Positions 1 to 8,714 of a DNA stretch of 35,424 bases are shown here, piece after piece (position 1 is the stretch's first letter; every line of letters starts with the position of its first letter). Source of the DNA: a virus; the IMG/VR virus record IMGVR_UViG_3300024518_002913, positions 1 to 35,424 of that record; one strand, written 5' to 3'. Under the pieces are notes generated by a model. The model worked only from the letters and a program-made list of their open reading frames with translations, was not told the DNA's origin and made no database searches. A program made the position numbers and the translations under genes.

Positions 1-111
1 AACTCTAATAGTTCCAGAATTATCTTTAAAATATGAAACTGAATTTATTTCTTTCGTTGAATGCAACTGGGTAGAATTATATCTAGTATAGCCGTTCCTT
101 GTAATTAATAC
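1..111. repeat. Terminal overlap, identical to 35314..35424 (circular or terminally redundant genome)
   Basis: Base-by-base comparison shows nt 1..111 equal nt 35314..35424; an ORF reads through the junction in frame. Confidence 0.95.
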
Positions 112-228
112 ATTTTCATCAGATGCAACATTCAAAGCATCAGCCATTTTACCTTCTTGTAAAACTTTGTAGCTTACTGGCATGTAGGGAATGTCCCACT
201 TGAATGGCTTTCTAAAAAGTTGAGGCAT
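1..228 (-). CDS. 5' (N-terminal) part of the junction-spanning tail structural protein gene (continues at 35424..33586; 651 aa on the circle)
   Basis: ATG at 228..226 sits directly after the stop of the upstream gene (229..231). It reads MPQLFRKPFKWDIPYMPVSYKVLQEGKMADALNVASDENV and continues in frame into LITRNGYTRYNSTQLHSTKEINSVSYF of the 33586..35379 ORF. Confidence 0.7.
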   Translation of the reverse strand, partial: MPQLFRKPFKWDIPYMPVSYKVLQEGKMADALNVASDENVLITRNGYTRYNSTQLHSTKEINSVSYFKDNSGTIRV

Positions 229-540
229 TTATTTCTCACCCTCTCTTTTGACTGACTTCTTGTTTTTCCTTTTAACACGCGGGTTTACTTGTGATTTAGG
301 GTCATACATTTTTGCATAAAGAAAGGCGGCGTAGTTTTTACCCTTCCTTATCTTTTCTTTACTTGCTAAATCATCGCCCTTTTTCTTTTTCTTTCTTTCT
401 TTTTCTCGTTTCTCTATTTCTTTTTTGGCGTCTTGCAAATCTTTATCCTGAGATTGATCCAAGTCTAAATATTCTTTATCTCTGTTTTGCATTTCATTTC
501 TTGGCTTGCCTTTAATTGTAAATTTCTTTTTCTTTGCCAT
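229..540 (-). CDS. Lys-rich small protein (103 aa), hypothetical, in the tail module
   Basis: ORF track 229..585. The likely start is the internal ATG at 540 (MAKKKKFTIKGK), 1 nt after the stop of the upstream gene (542..544). Confidence 0.5.
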   Translation of the reverse strand: MAKKKKFTIKGKPRNEMQNRDKEYLDLDQSQDKDLQDAKKEIEKREKERKKKKKGDDLASKEKIRKGKNYAAFLYAKMYDPKSQVNPRVKRKNKKSVKREGEK

Positions 541-541
541 T

Positions 542-1597
542 TTATACCTCGTACCCTGCATAATCGCCAACAACGTCCCGAACAACTGACGGTCTGCCTC
601 TGTTTCTACCTAATACCTTTTCAAGTTCTTTCTTTTCTTCGTCATAATTTTTTTGTTTGCTTTCTGCCCCTGACCTATCCCTAAACTCGTACATTTTCCA
701 TAGCATCCCTTTCATCCATGCGGCTTCACATTGTATAGGTAAATCCATTTCTCTTTCAATATTATAAAACATTTCATGCGGGCGTCTGTGTACTGAATAA
801 AGCATCGTCCTAGCTTTATCTGTTGCGCCTGATGATACTTGTGGATAAATAGAAATTCCTTCTAATCCGTGCCAGTCAAATGATCGTGGCGTCCCTTCAC
901 TACTTGCAACATCGTATCGTCTTGTTCTGTTATTGTTTCTTCTATCTAAAAATACCGCGCTTTCTGGGAAATACATGTGGTCAGATGAAATTTGATCTAT
1001 TTCTGACGAACTTGGCGGCGTTGGTGCTGTGCTTGCTGGTACTGCCGCAACGCTTGCCGTAGTATCTCCATTATTCGTTATTTGTGAAGAATAATAAGCG
1101 GGACCGTAAACCGTTTCACCCGCTGCTAATTCTGCAACATATACATTTCTATAAATTATTTTTGGCTCGTAAGAATCATCGCCGTCAAATGTGGGAATAT
1201 CTGTTACAAGTAAAGTTAGGTTTCCAGAAGTCATTAGTACGCCTGTTCCCGCTGGGCTTGGCTCTGATTCCATATATTTTTTTGTATCTGGGTCATAGAT
1301 AACAAAAGTTATATAGGGCTTATAAGTATTAGTTTCCGTTAATGCTCCACCGCCGCCCAACGCTGTACTTGGAGCCGCTGGAATATCTATTGCAAGGTCT
1401 ATAAATTCCTGACTTGCTGGTATTAGTTTTTTAAGCTTAAAATTAAAAGCGTCATAAGGTAAACTTTTTACAATATCATTTTGAATTTCATTACCCCAAC
1501 GAATAGCCCGCGCTAACATAGTTGAGTTTGTCGATGAACTCCAGCCTTCATCTAAGGCTCTATCTAGCATTTTTTTACAATTCCAATACCTAGACAT
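542..1597 (-). CDS. Putative virion structural protein (adaptor or tail, 351 aa) with an Ala/Pro/Ser-rich linker
   Basis: ORF track 542..1630. ATG at 1597 is preceded by AAGGGG and overlaps the upstream stop by 8 nt (ATGTCTAG). The call rests on position between capsid and tail genes; no motif recognised. Confidence 0.5.
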   Translation of the reverse strand: MSRYWNCKKMLDRALDEGWSSSTNSTMLARAIRWGNEIQNDIVKSLPYDAFNFKLKKLIPASQEFIDLAIDIPAAPSTALGGGGALTETNTYKPYITFVIYDPDTKKYMESEPSPAGTGVLMTSGNLTLLVTDIPTFDGDDSYEPKIIYRNVYVAELAAGETVYGPAYYSSQITNNGDTTASVAAVPASTAPTPPSSSEIDQISSDHMYFPESAVFLDRRNNNRTRRYDVASSEGTPRSFDWHGLEGISIYPQVSSGATDKARTMLYSVHRRPHEMFYNIEREMDLPIQCEAAWMKGMLWKMYEFRDRSGAESKQKNYDEEKKELEKVLGRNRGRPSVVRDVVGDYAGYEV

Positions 1598-2663
1598 TTT
1601 TAGCCCCTTCTGTTCTGTAGCATAAGGCAAGAATGAAAAGCATTGCCGTGCCTGTTATATGCAAATTAAAATGCGTTAATGATGAAACAAAAGAACCTAG
1701 TAGCATAGCAATTAAAAGCGGGTTAGTTTGTTTATAGAATTTTTTAATATAGATTGTAACAATTCCTAATCCCAATAAACCGTAATGATAGAACAATTCT
1801 ATATATTCATTATGGGCTTGGTTTGCTTTCATCCCGTAGGTTTTCCATAGCAGGGAGTTTTCAATTATGTAGGCTGTTCCGCTTCCTATAAATAGATTAT
1901 TTAGTCCCGTTCTATGAATTATTAAGTTCCATATTTGAATTCTGTGATTTTCTACTAATCCCGACTTAACAAGGGCGATAGTTCCCAAAACCCCCACAAT
2001 AGGAAGAATCCAGTAGAATTTTGCTATATTCTTGAAAAAGTAGGCTCCTAGGATCGCTCCTAAGACGATAAAAGGAGTCGTTGCACTAGTGAAGTACAGG
2101 CAAATTAAAATCACCGGAGTAAAAAAGATCCACTTCTTCCTGAAAAATACAGGTAAGGAAATTGCTAGGTATGACCCTAAACTTCCCTGATTATCAAAAG
2201 TACCAACTGATCCAAACGGCTGGTAGTTAACTTTTACATCCATTGAATAAAAATCAAATAAATATATATTGAAATTCGGTAACACCGAAAAAATACACTG
2301 GATTATACAAGAAATAGCTATCCCATTTAATATTATATATAAGTAATCTTTCTTCACTGACCTAAACTGTAGGCCAAGGGCAAGCGTTGCCGCTATTGAA
2401 AAGAATTGAGATATATAGGTGTATGCTGTAAAATTTACAGTGTTAAAAAAAACTAATGAAAGAAAGGCTCCGAAGATTATTCTTTCTTTTGGGTTTGTTT
2501 CTGAAAAAAAACCAAATAAAAAAACTGATATAAAAACTAAAAATAGAAATCCCATTTCATGGGCGTGACGAGGCAAAGCTATTTGTTTACCAGCCTTAAG
2601 AAAAAGGGGGAGTGCGATAAACGCCCCTCCCCAAAAAAAATGAAACATTTTTTCTTTATTCAT
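1590..2663 (-). CDS. O-antigen ligase/polymerase family (Wzy_C-like) polytopic inner-membrane protein
   Basis: 357 aa and hydrophobic throughout, about 10 or more predicted TM segments. Family-like motifs: GTFDNQGSLGSYLAISLPVFF, TSATTPFIVLGAILG, NHRIQIWN...LFIGSGTAYI, ANQAHNEYIELFYHYGLLGLG (the aHNxyL...G..G signature). Confidence 0.7.
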   Translation of the reverse strand: MNKEKMFHFFWGGAFIALPLFLKAGKQIALPRHAHEMGFLFLVFISVFLFGFFSETNPKERIIFGAFLSLVFFNTVNFTAYTYISQFFSIAATLALGLQFRSVKKDYLYIILNGIAISCIIQCIFSVLPNFNIYLFDFYSMDVKVNYQPFGSVGTFDNQGSLGSYLAISLPVFFRKKWIFFTPVILICLYFTSATTPFIVLGAILGAYFFKNIAKFYWILPIVGVLGTIALVKSGLVENHRIQIWNLIIHRTGLNNLFIGSGTAYIIENSLLWKTYGMKANQAHNEYIELFYHYGLLGLGIVTIYIKKFYKQTNPLLIAMLLGSFVSSLTHFNLHITGTAMLFILALCYRTEGAKNV

Positions 2664-2665
2664 CG

Positions 2666-3187
2666 CTATTTGAGCAAAATCATAAAGTCAACGTCAGCAC
2701 TTGCGCTTTCATCGTCTAAGAAAACACCTACCGGAATGTCAGTAGCGACTACTGAGCCGAAAGCTTCTGATTGAATTTGACCCGCTGTATTTTCTGAAAC
2801 ATAACCTTTATCTCCTGCACTTGCAGCATCATTAGTCACGTCAAAAACTACGCCGGTATTAATCCCGTATGTTTGACATCTACAATTTTCATCATCTGCA
2901 CAGTCAGAGGCGTCTGCCTTTGCAATAATACAAAGTGGTTGCGCCCCTGCACTTGTTGAAGTCGTTGAACTATAGCCGTCATCTTCTGTGGTTTCTTGAA
3001 CCATTAACCAGCCGTCACTAACACCGCCGCCGCTGGTATTCTTGACGTAAATGTACCATTTTTCAATAGAACCGCTAACCGCTGTTCCCTTTGAATCTTG
3101 TTGAAAACTTCTTCCTACTGGTCCAATATCCGCAAAGGAAATTGAAGCAAATAAAGAAAGAAGAATTACTAAAAATAAATTTTTCAT
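2666..3187 (-). CDS. Exported protein (173 aa precursor) with a Sec signal peptide, unknown function
   Basis: ATG at 3187 is preceded by AAGGGG. The N-terminus MKNLFLVILLSLFASISFA|DIG looks like an SPase I site. The mature part is Gly/Ser/Thr/Asp-rich with 4 Cys. It lies 2 nt upstream of the ligase-like gene. Confidence 0.6.
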   Translation of the reverse strand: MKNLFLVILLSLFASISFADIGPVGRSFQQDSKGTAVSGSIEKWYIYVKNTSGGGVSDGWLMVQETTEDDGYSSTTSTSAGAQPLCIIAKADASDCADDENCRCQTYGINTGVVFDVTNDAASAGDKGYVSENTAGQIQSEAFGSVVATDIPVGVFLDDESASADVDFMILLK

Positions 3188-3201
3188 AACTTGTTTACCC
3201 C

Positions 3202-4230
3202 TTATCCTGTTATACCTGTTAAAGTTGAATTGTACTTTAATTCTGAACAAGCAATATTTCCATATAGAAAAATACGTTCCAGAATCGCATCAACTGTCTC
3301 AAGGTCTTTGATTGATTGAACTCTCATATTGTGGTCTTTATGAACGTGCAGCTTAGTATGCCCTTCATCAATATGGTAAAGTTGTTGAGCCGTAATATCT
3401 TGGGAAGTGAAATAATCAATCCCGTTATATACTAATGACTGCCCTTTGTTACCTGCTCCACTTAACGAATTGATTTCGTTTTGTGTTCTTTGATTACCTT
3501 GCAGTAAACCTTTAATAGCAGTAAACACACCAACTGTAGTCGCGCCCATAGTTGCGCCACCTTGGCCAGCATAAAAAGTTGCATCAAAAGATGCGTCTAA
3601 CAATGCCTTAGTCAAAACACCACCAGCCGCTGTAACAGTAGCCGCCCATGTACTTAAGTCAGTAGAACTAATTCCACCGTAAGAACCTGAACTTTGAACA
3701 AAAGAATCAAAACCGTCAAATTGATCGGTATCATTATTTTGTGAAGTTGCGGAACCATCAGAAAGAATACCTTTCAGCATTCTCTGTGCCATTGCACCTT
3801 TAGCAACTTGAACCTTTCCAGCAACTAATTTTAGCTGACCATGTTTACTTGCGTTTTTCGCAATGTCTAGTTTATCAACTACTACTGGCTCTTCAACTTG
3901 TCTCCACGAATGGAAAGAAGCACTTAGATGCTCAACGGTTTGTAATGAAAGTGCTGAACCTTTAGAATAAAATCCCCCTGGAGTCCCCGTTTCATCAATG
4001 ATTGCTAACGGACATTTAATCCTATCGCCGCCATCTTCTAATTCTTGTCTCTCTCTGAATCTCTGTAAAAGATAATCAGAATTAAATACACCCATAGTTA
4101 ATTTGTCTTTAATCAAGTCGTGGGTAATCGCTTGAAGCTCATTAAATGTGTAAACCCCTCTACTATCTTTCAGTAAGTAGGCAACTGAAAAATATAAAAA
4201 GGAAAACAGATTCTTTAAAATTGTTTTCAT
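3202..4230 (-). CDS. Major capsid protein (putative)
   Basis: 342 aa, immediately after the scaffold-like gene, with a strong RBS (AGGAGGG). Size, position and Gly/Ala/Thr-rich core are typical of HK97-fold capsid proteins. Confidence 0.6.
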   Translation of the reverse strand: MKTILKNLFSFLYFSVAYLLKDSRGVYTFNELQAITHDLIKDKLTMGVFNSDYLLQRFRERQELEDGGDRIKCPLAIIDETGTPGGFYSKGSALSLQTVEHLSASFHSWRQVEEPVVVDKLDIAKNASKHGQLKLVAGKVQVAKGAMAQRMLKGILSDGSATSQNNDTDQFDGFDSFVQSSGSYGGISSTDLSTWAATVTAAGGVLTKALLDASFDATFYAGQGGATMGATTVGVFTAIKGLLQGNQRTQNEINSLSGAGNKGQSLVYNGIDYFTSQDITAQQLYHIDEGHTKLHVHKDHNMRVQSIKDLETVDAILERIFLYGNIACSELKYNSTLTGITG

Positions 4231-4242
4231 TTCTTTGCCCTC

Positions 4243-5325
4243 CTAGGCTGCGTTGTCTCTTCCTGCTGCAATCCTCTTGATTGCATCGAACATTGATTCA
4301 TGTTTTTTCGGTTGCCCGTCATCAACTTCATCTTGAACGGCATTTTGTCCGTTTGTTCTAAGGTTAGATTTCGCCTTGGTTTCTATTAGTTTTTTGTGGG
4401 ATTCCATTGCTTTAGTTATAGATTCGCCATTAACAGCTTGGAATGCTTGCTTAACGTCTAGCTTGCCCCCTGCTGCTTTGTACGATTCTAAAACTTTATC
4501 GTAATTTACAGAAACGCCTAAAGTTTTTAATTTAGCTCCCCATTGTTTCTGAATGTTTGAGATACCATCATCGTATTTTTTTTGTTCAAATTGAAATTCT
4601 TTCTCTTCATCTTTTTTAATGATCTGATTAATCTTTTCATCTTGTGCCGCGATGGTTTCTTTCAATCCGTTAATCATTGGGTTATCTTGAGATGCAAAAT
4701 GCGTTTCCATAGCATTGTTATACCTTCCTTCCAGTTCCTCGAAGTATTCGGGGTCTGATTCTTTTAGGTCTGCCATTAGATTTTGCATAACTTGATTACT
4801 TAATATCTCATTCTGGACGCTATCCTTATAAGTATTAAATTCCTCAATTTCTGAATTAAAAGCTTCATCTTTTTTTGTGGATTCAGCTTCCCAATTTTTC
4901 ACAGCTTCTGCGTGTTCCTGTGTTTTAACGGTGTAGTCAGATTCTTTTGAAAGCATTTCTTTAATTTCATCGTCATCTTTAAACTCTACTGGAGTCCCTT
5001 TTCGGGTTATTCCTAGTGAGTTTACTAAATCGGAGAGGGATTTTTCTTTACCTTCTTCATCTTCTAACTTTAACGAATCTAGTTGTTCTTCTAAGGTTTT
5101 ATCCTTATCTTCCCCTTCTTCTTCGTTACTTTCTTTAGCTTCTACGTTTTCAATGTCCGAATCGGTTGCATCGTCTGCGCTTTCACTTTCTTGGTCGCTT
5201 AAAAAATTGTCGTACTTATCCACTAAATCAACTGGTTGACTTTCGGAATCCTCGCCGATCTCTCCGCGATGGTTGTTCAAGGATAAAAGTAAAAAATTTA
5301 AAAAACTGTTTTTCTTCTTGCTCAT
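4243..5325 (-). CDS. Scaffolding protein (putative)
   Basis: 360 aa, very acidic and coiled-coil-like (Glu/Asp/Lys-rich), located between portal and capsid genes. Confidence 0.55.
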   Translation of the reverse strand: MSKKKNSFLNFLLLSLNNHRGEIGEDSESQPVDLVDKYDNFLSDQESESADDATDSDIENVEAKESNEEEGEDKDKTLEEQLDSLKLEDEEGKEKSLSDLVNSLGITRKGTPVEFKDDDEIKEMLSKESDYTVKTQEHAEAVKNWEAESTKKDEAFNSEIEEFNTYKDSVQNEILSNQVMQNLMADLKESDPEYFEELEGRYNNAMETHFASQDNPMINGLKETIAAQDEKINQIIKKDEEKEFQFEQKKYDDGISNIQKQWGAKLKTLGVSVNYDKVLESYKAAGGKLDVKQAFQAVNGESITKAMESHKKLIETKAKSNLRTNGQNAVQDEVDDGQPKKHESMFDAIKRIAAGRDNAA

Positions 5326-5331
5326 TATATA

Positions 5332-7347
5332 TTAACCTTGTGGTTGCTCAGGTTGGTCTTGATCGACTCCTGATTGTTGAACCATTATCTGTTCTGCTTG
5401 TTCTGCTTCCTCCTCTGTCATTGAATCTGGGTCATGCTCATATCGCATCATTAGATTTTGTATTTGAAGCTCTTGCATGATCTGTGCTTTCTGTTGACTA
5501 TCATCAACCATTTTTAATAACTGATTTTTCTTTGGAATATCTGTTACTGTTAGAAATGTAACTAAATCAATTTGCTGATTCGCTAACATGGCATACATTA
5601 AACCAGTAAAGGCTTCCTTGTCGGTCCCTGCCATTGTATCCTCGTCCATTTCAATATTCATTTCTATATCTTGCATATCTAATGGATTATAAAGAATTTG
5701 TTGGCTAAATCCGTCTACTTCTTCAATGCCTATTTTTTTCTCTGTTGTCCAAAATTGCGTGATGTTTCCGTAAGTTAATCGCCCCATTCTTGCTAGTGAA
5801 TAATGCATATTTGTTCTAATTTTTAATCTGTGCCTTCCGATTGCTCTTAATTGTAATCTCTCAACCGTTACCCCAGAAGCATTAGGGCTTGGCATTTTAC
5901 CTTGAGATACTTCGTTATTCCCTGAAATATCTTCAATGTTTCTTGCTCTACCATCTGCAAATTGTGAGAGTTGCGGGCTAATCTGTCCGGGCTCAACGTG
6001 TTTTATTTCCCCATCATCTGGTAAAATAAAGATTAACCCGTCATCGTTCGTTATATCTTCCTTCTTTAATCCTGATGCTACGTTGGCATATACCCAAGGA
6101 TTAGCTACCCTTAGAAGTCCTTTATGTTCTTTAAACGTCATTTCTGAAATCATTCTCTGCGAATCAATGCAGTTTTCGATTTCATTAAAGCCGTAGATTG
6201 TTGCATCCTTGTAACAATAAAATGGGGTCAGTGGGATTTCCCCATGCTCATACTCATTGGCTTCATCTGAAACTACCAATTTTCCTACGGTCTTAATTAC
6301 TCTCCAATTATCTTTGAATTTAAACATTTTAGATTGTGGATTTTCATTGTAATAAACTAAATGCTCCTCCATGTGGTTATCTAAAATTTTAAGAGTTAGC
6401 ATCAATGGTCCAAAATCTGCGTTTGGATCAATTTCACTTAATTGCCCGATATATTCCGCAACATCTTCAAAAGGCGTTTCTGGCGGTAATCCAAAAGGCT
6501 GTAAAATCATCCCTCTTTCTCTAAGGTGTTGAATATTATGCGCCATGTGGTTTTGAGTTTTCTTAATATCTGGAGCGCCACCGCCCATTAATGCTTGCGC
6601 TTCTTTTTCTAATTCCTCGGCTGTGACTTCCTCTGGAATTGTTACCATCGTGTAATCTTTTACATATGTGTGACATAATTGTAACGTATCTTCATCAGAA
6701 TATTTATTCGGACGCCTTCTCTTTCCTCGTCCTCTTATGTCTACCGTTTCCCGCCCTTCGTTGTCTATTGGTCCCTCTTGAACATCTTTCCCTTTCATCT
6801 CTTTTAATTTTTTTGCATACTTTGGAAATGTCATCATTAACCATTGGCGTGACCTCGGAACAATAAACCTAGCTTTCTTAGCTTGTTCAATTAACATGCA
6901 AGCGCCGTCTACCATTACATCTTCCCAATGAACGACTTCACGGCAAATTTCACCATCTCCATTTTTTGCATTTGCATCAAAAAATTCATGTACCCAGCCA
7001 TTTCCACCGATTAAAGATTGCCTAACCAATACAGGCATCATAACGGCTAGATTTTGTTGCTTATTAACATATCCAATAGCTTTCCCCATATTATCGGCTT
7101 GCGCTTTGTAAGCTGGATCATCCGAGGTAGCCGTCATTGACGGTAAGCCATCCGTTAGAATTGGCACTTCCGTTTCGATAGCTTTAAACAAAAGATTTTC
7201 TACTGGCTTGTATTGAGTATCATTTTCCCAAACATCGCCATAGTAAGCTCTTTCATGCTCTCGGTTTTTGGTAAAGAATTGATTAGCGTATTTAGTTAAG
7301 TCAGTTTTTACTTTCTCAACTATCTTGATAGGTTTTTCTTCTTGCAT
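5332..7347 (-). CDS. Portal protein
   Basis: 671 aa, first gene of the late operon, followed by scaffold and capsid genes, with an acidic/Gln-rich C-terminal tail typical of portals. Confidence 0.75.
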   Translation of the reverse strand: MQEEKPIKIVEKVKTDLTKYANQFFTKNREHERAYYGDVWENDTQYKPVENLLFKAIETEVPILTDGLPSMTATSDDPAYKAQADNMGKAIGYVNKQQNLAVMMPVLVRQSLIGGNGWVHEFFDANAKNGDGEICREVVHWEDVMVDGACMLIEQAKKARFIVPRSRQWLMMTFPKYAKKLKEMKGKDVQEGPIDNEGRETVDIRGRGKRRRPNKYSDEDTLQLCHTYVKDYTMVTIPEEVTAEELEKEAQALMGGGAPDIKKTQNHMAHNIQHLRERGMILQPFGLPPETPFEDVAEYIGQLSEIDPNADFGPLMLTLKILDNHMEEHLVYYNENPQSKMFKFKDNWRVIKTVGKLVVSDEANEYEHGEIPLTPFYCYKDATIYGFNEIENCIDSQRMISEMTFKEHKGLLRVANPWVYANVASGLKKEDITNDDGLIFILPDDGEIKHVEPGQISPQLSQFADGRARNIEDISGNNEVSQGKMPSPNASGVTVERLQLRAIGRHRLKIRTNMHYSLARMGRLTYGNITQFWTTEKKIGIEEVDGFSQQILYNPLDMQDIEMNIEMDEDTMAGTDKEAFTGLMYAMLANQQIDLVTFLTVTDIPKKNQLLKMVDDSQQKAQIMQELQIQNLMMRYEHDPDSMTEEEAEQAEQIMVQQSGVDQDQPEQPQG

Positions 7348-7443
7348 TGTTCCAAGATAATCCTTTTTTCCATTTATTCCAGTGTACTTGGGAATGCTCC
7401 AATAATTGTGGTAAAAGAATTGCTTTTCTGTTTAACTGAAAAA

Positions 7444-7869
7444 ATGTCCTATAGATTAAAATGCCAAAACAAAAATTGTAGCCATGAGTTTTTGCGGTAC
7501 TGGCCTAAAGACGAATACGAAACGCTTCAATACAATACGGTTAATGGTGAATATAAAGGTATAGCTTGTTTTGATTGCGGCTTCCCTAAAATGGTCGTGA
7601 TGAAATCAAAGCAAGTGGCAGATGATGGCTTCAAGGCTGGCTTTCAAAGAAATATAATGAAATACTGCAACACTTATGCGGAATATAAGGCACATTTAAA
7701 AAATATGGGATTAATAGAAATTGGCTACGAAAAAACAGAAGATAGGAAGTTTTCTGAGCCTTTCTTCACTCCTGATCTATGCAGACAATTAAACCAAAAA
7801 CATGGAATATCTCTTAGCCCGCTAGAAATGGAAGGGCTTAACAAAGAAATTAACGAGGAATCAGCATGA
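7444..7869 (+). CDS. Zinc-ribbon protein (141 aa), hypothetical
   Basis: ATG at 7444 (MSYRLKCQNKNCSHEF...CFDCGFPK) gives a CxxxxC...CxxC ribbon. The track's start at 7342 adds an unlikely hydrophobic extension overlapping the portal start. Confidence 0.5.
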   Translation: MSYRLKCQNKNCSHEFLRYWPKDEYETLQYNTVNGEYKGIACFDCGFPKMVVMKSKQVADDGFKAGFQRNIMKYCNTYAEYKAHLKNMGLIEIGYEKTEDRKFSEPFFTPDLCRQLNQKHGISLSPLEMEGLNKEINEESA

Positions 7870-8714
7870 AAAAGTTTTTACTATCAGTTATATTATTACT
7901 TTTATCAGTTAATTCTTACGCCATACCGGAAGTTGATGCTGTTAATCAATTATTAAATGGGAGTGGATTAAATATAGCGCGTGGATTATCGCCAAAAACT
8001 TCCTTCGTTCATAAATTCGGTAGTGCAAGTGATTTCGATATAGATGCGGGAATTATAACGGTTTGGGACGGTGCAAACGATGCACTAGGTCTGGCCTTCG
8101 CTTATACTTATTCTGCTACGGCTGACATTACACAAATAACATCAAGTAGCGCATCTGATACTGAAATCATAGAGGTACAGGGTTTAAATTCTGCGTATGA
8201 GCTTGTAATCCAAAATGTAACCTTAACGGGCACTACTGCTGCAATTCTTGAAACTCCGTTAATTAGAGTTTTTAGAATGAAAAATATTGGCTCAGCTGAT
8301 ATGGTAGGAACTGTCTATCTTACTGTTTCCGGTGCTGGCTATGCTGCTGCTGGCGTTCCTGATACTGCCAATGAAATTAGGGCAATGTTAAGTATCGGTG
8401 AAAATCAAACTTTAATGGCGCTCTATACCTGTCCGGCTAATAAAACCTGTTATCTTTGCTCTTTCTATGCATCAACATCAAGCGCAATTAAAACAAGTGC
8501 CCATATCATTAGACTTAAAGTCAGACCGTTTGGTCAAGTTTTTCAGACTAAGCACGTTGCTTCTATTATTGCCAATGGTGTTGGTCACTTTATTCATCCC
8601 TATATGGTTCCTGAAAAAATTAGCGCCAAGTCGGATATTGAAATGAGAGCTAATACAGACTCAAATGTGGCTGGTGTTTCTGCTGGTTTTGACTTGATCG
8701 TTATTGACGATTAA
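7866..8714 (+). CDS. Exported beta-rich protein (282 aa) with a Sec signal peptide, unknown function
   Basis: MKKFLLSVILLLLSVNSYA|IPE signal peptide. ATGA overlap with the upstream gene. Transcribed opposite to all neighbouring genes. Confidence 0.6.
   Translation: MKKFLLSVILLLLSVNSYAIPEVDAVNQLLNGSGLNIARGLSPKTSFVHKFGSASDFDIDAGIITVWDGANDALGLAFAYTYSATADITQITSSSASDTEIIEVQGLNSAYELVIQNVTLTGTTAAILETPLIRVFRMKNIGSADMVGTVYLTVSGAGYAAAGVPDTANEIRAMLSIGENQTLMALYTCPANKTCYLCSFYASTSSAIKTSAHIIRLKVRPFGQVFQTKHVASIIANGVGHFIHPYMVPEKISAKSDIEMRANTDSNVAGVSAGFDLIVIDD

Noticed and set aside
312-684. Plus-strand ORFs 312..515 and 487..684. The same class includes 880..1062, 1084..1302, 2559..2774, 5166..5480, 5936..6196, 6639..6866, 9780..9965, 10552..10737, 10734..11003, 11930..12211, 13279..13524, 13549..13782, 15068..15250, 15557..15790, 16366..16581 and 16632..16865. 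It continues with 19104..19289, 20726..20938, 21406..21603, 23302..23493, 24831..25070, 25048..25296, 26563..26919, 27401..27619, 27950..28147, 31545..31829, 32205..32516, 34586..34825 and 35073..35279.
   Set aside because: All lie antisense to, or nested within, longer and better-supported genes. They have Leu/Phe/Ser-rich compositions typical of the reverse frames of AT-rich coding DNA, and they lack convincing ribosome-binding sites.
5216-5224. DnaA-box-like nonamer TTATCCACT
   Set aside because: It is a single imperfect copy inside the scaffold coding sequence, with no clustering and no adjacent AT-rich unwinding element.
7342-7443. N-terminal extension of the 7342..7869 ORF (MHCSKIILFSIYSSVLGNAPIIVVKELLFCLTEK)
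   Set aside because: It overlaps the portal start codon region on the other strand and looks like translated intergenic DNA. The internal ATG at 7444 begins the zinc-ribbon domain.
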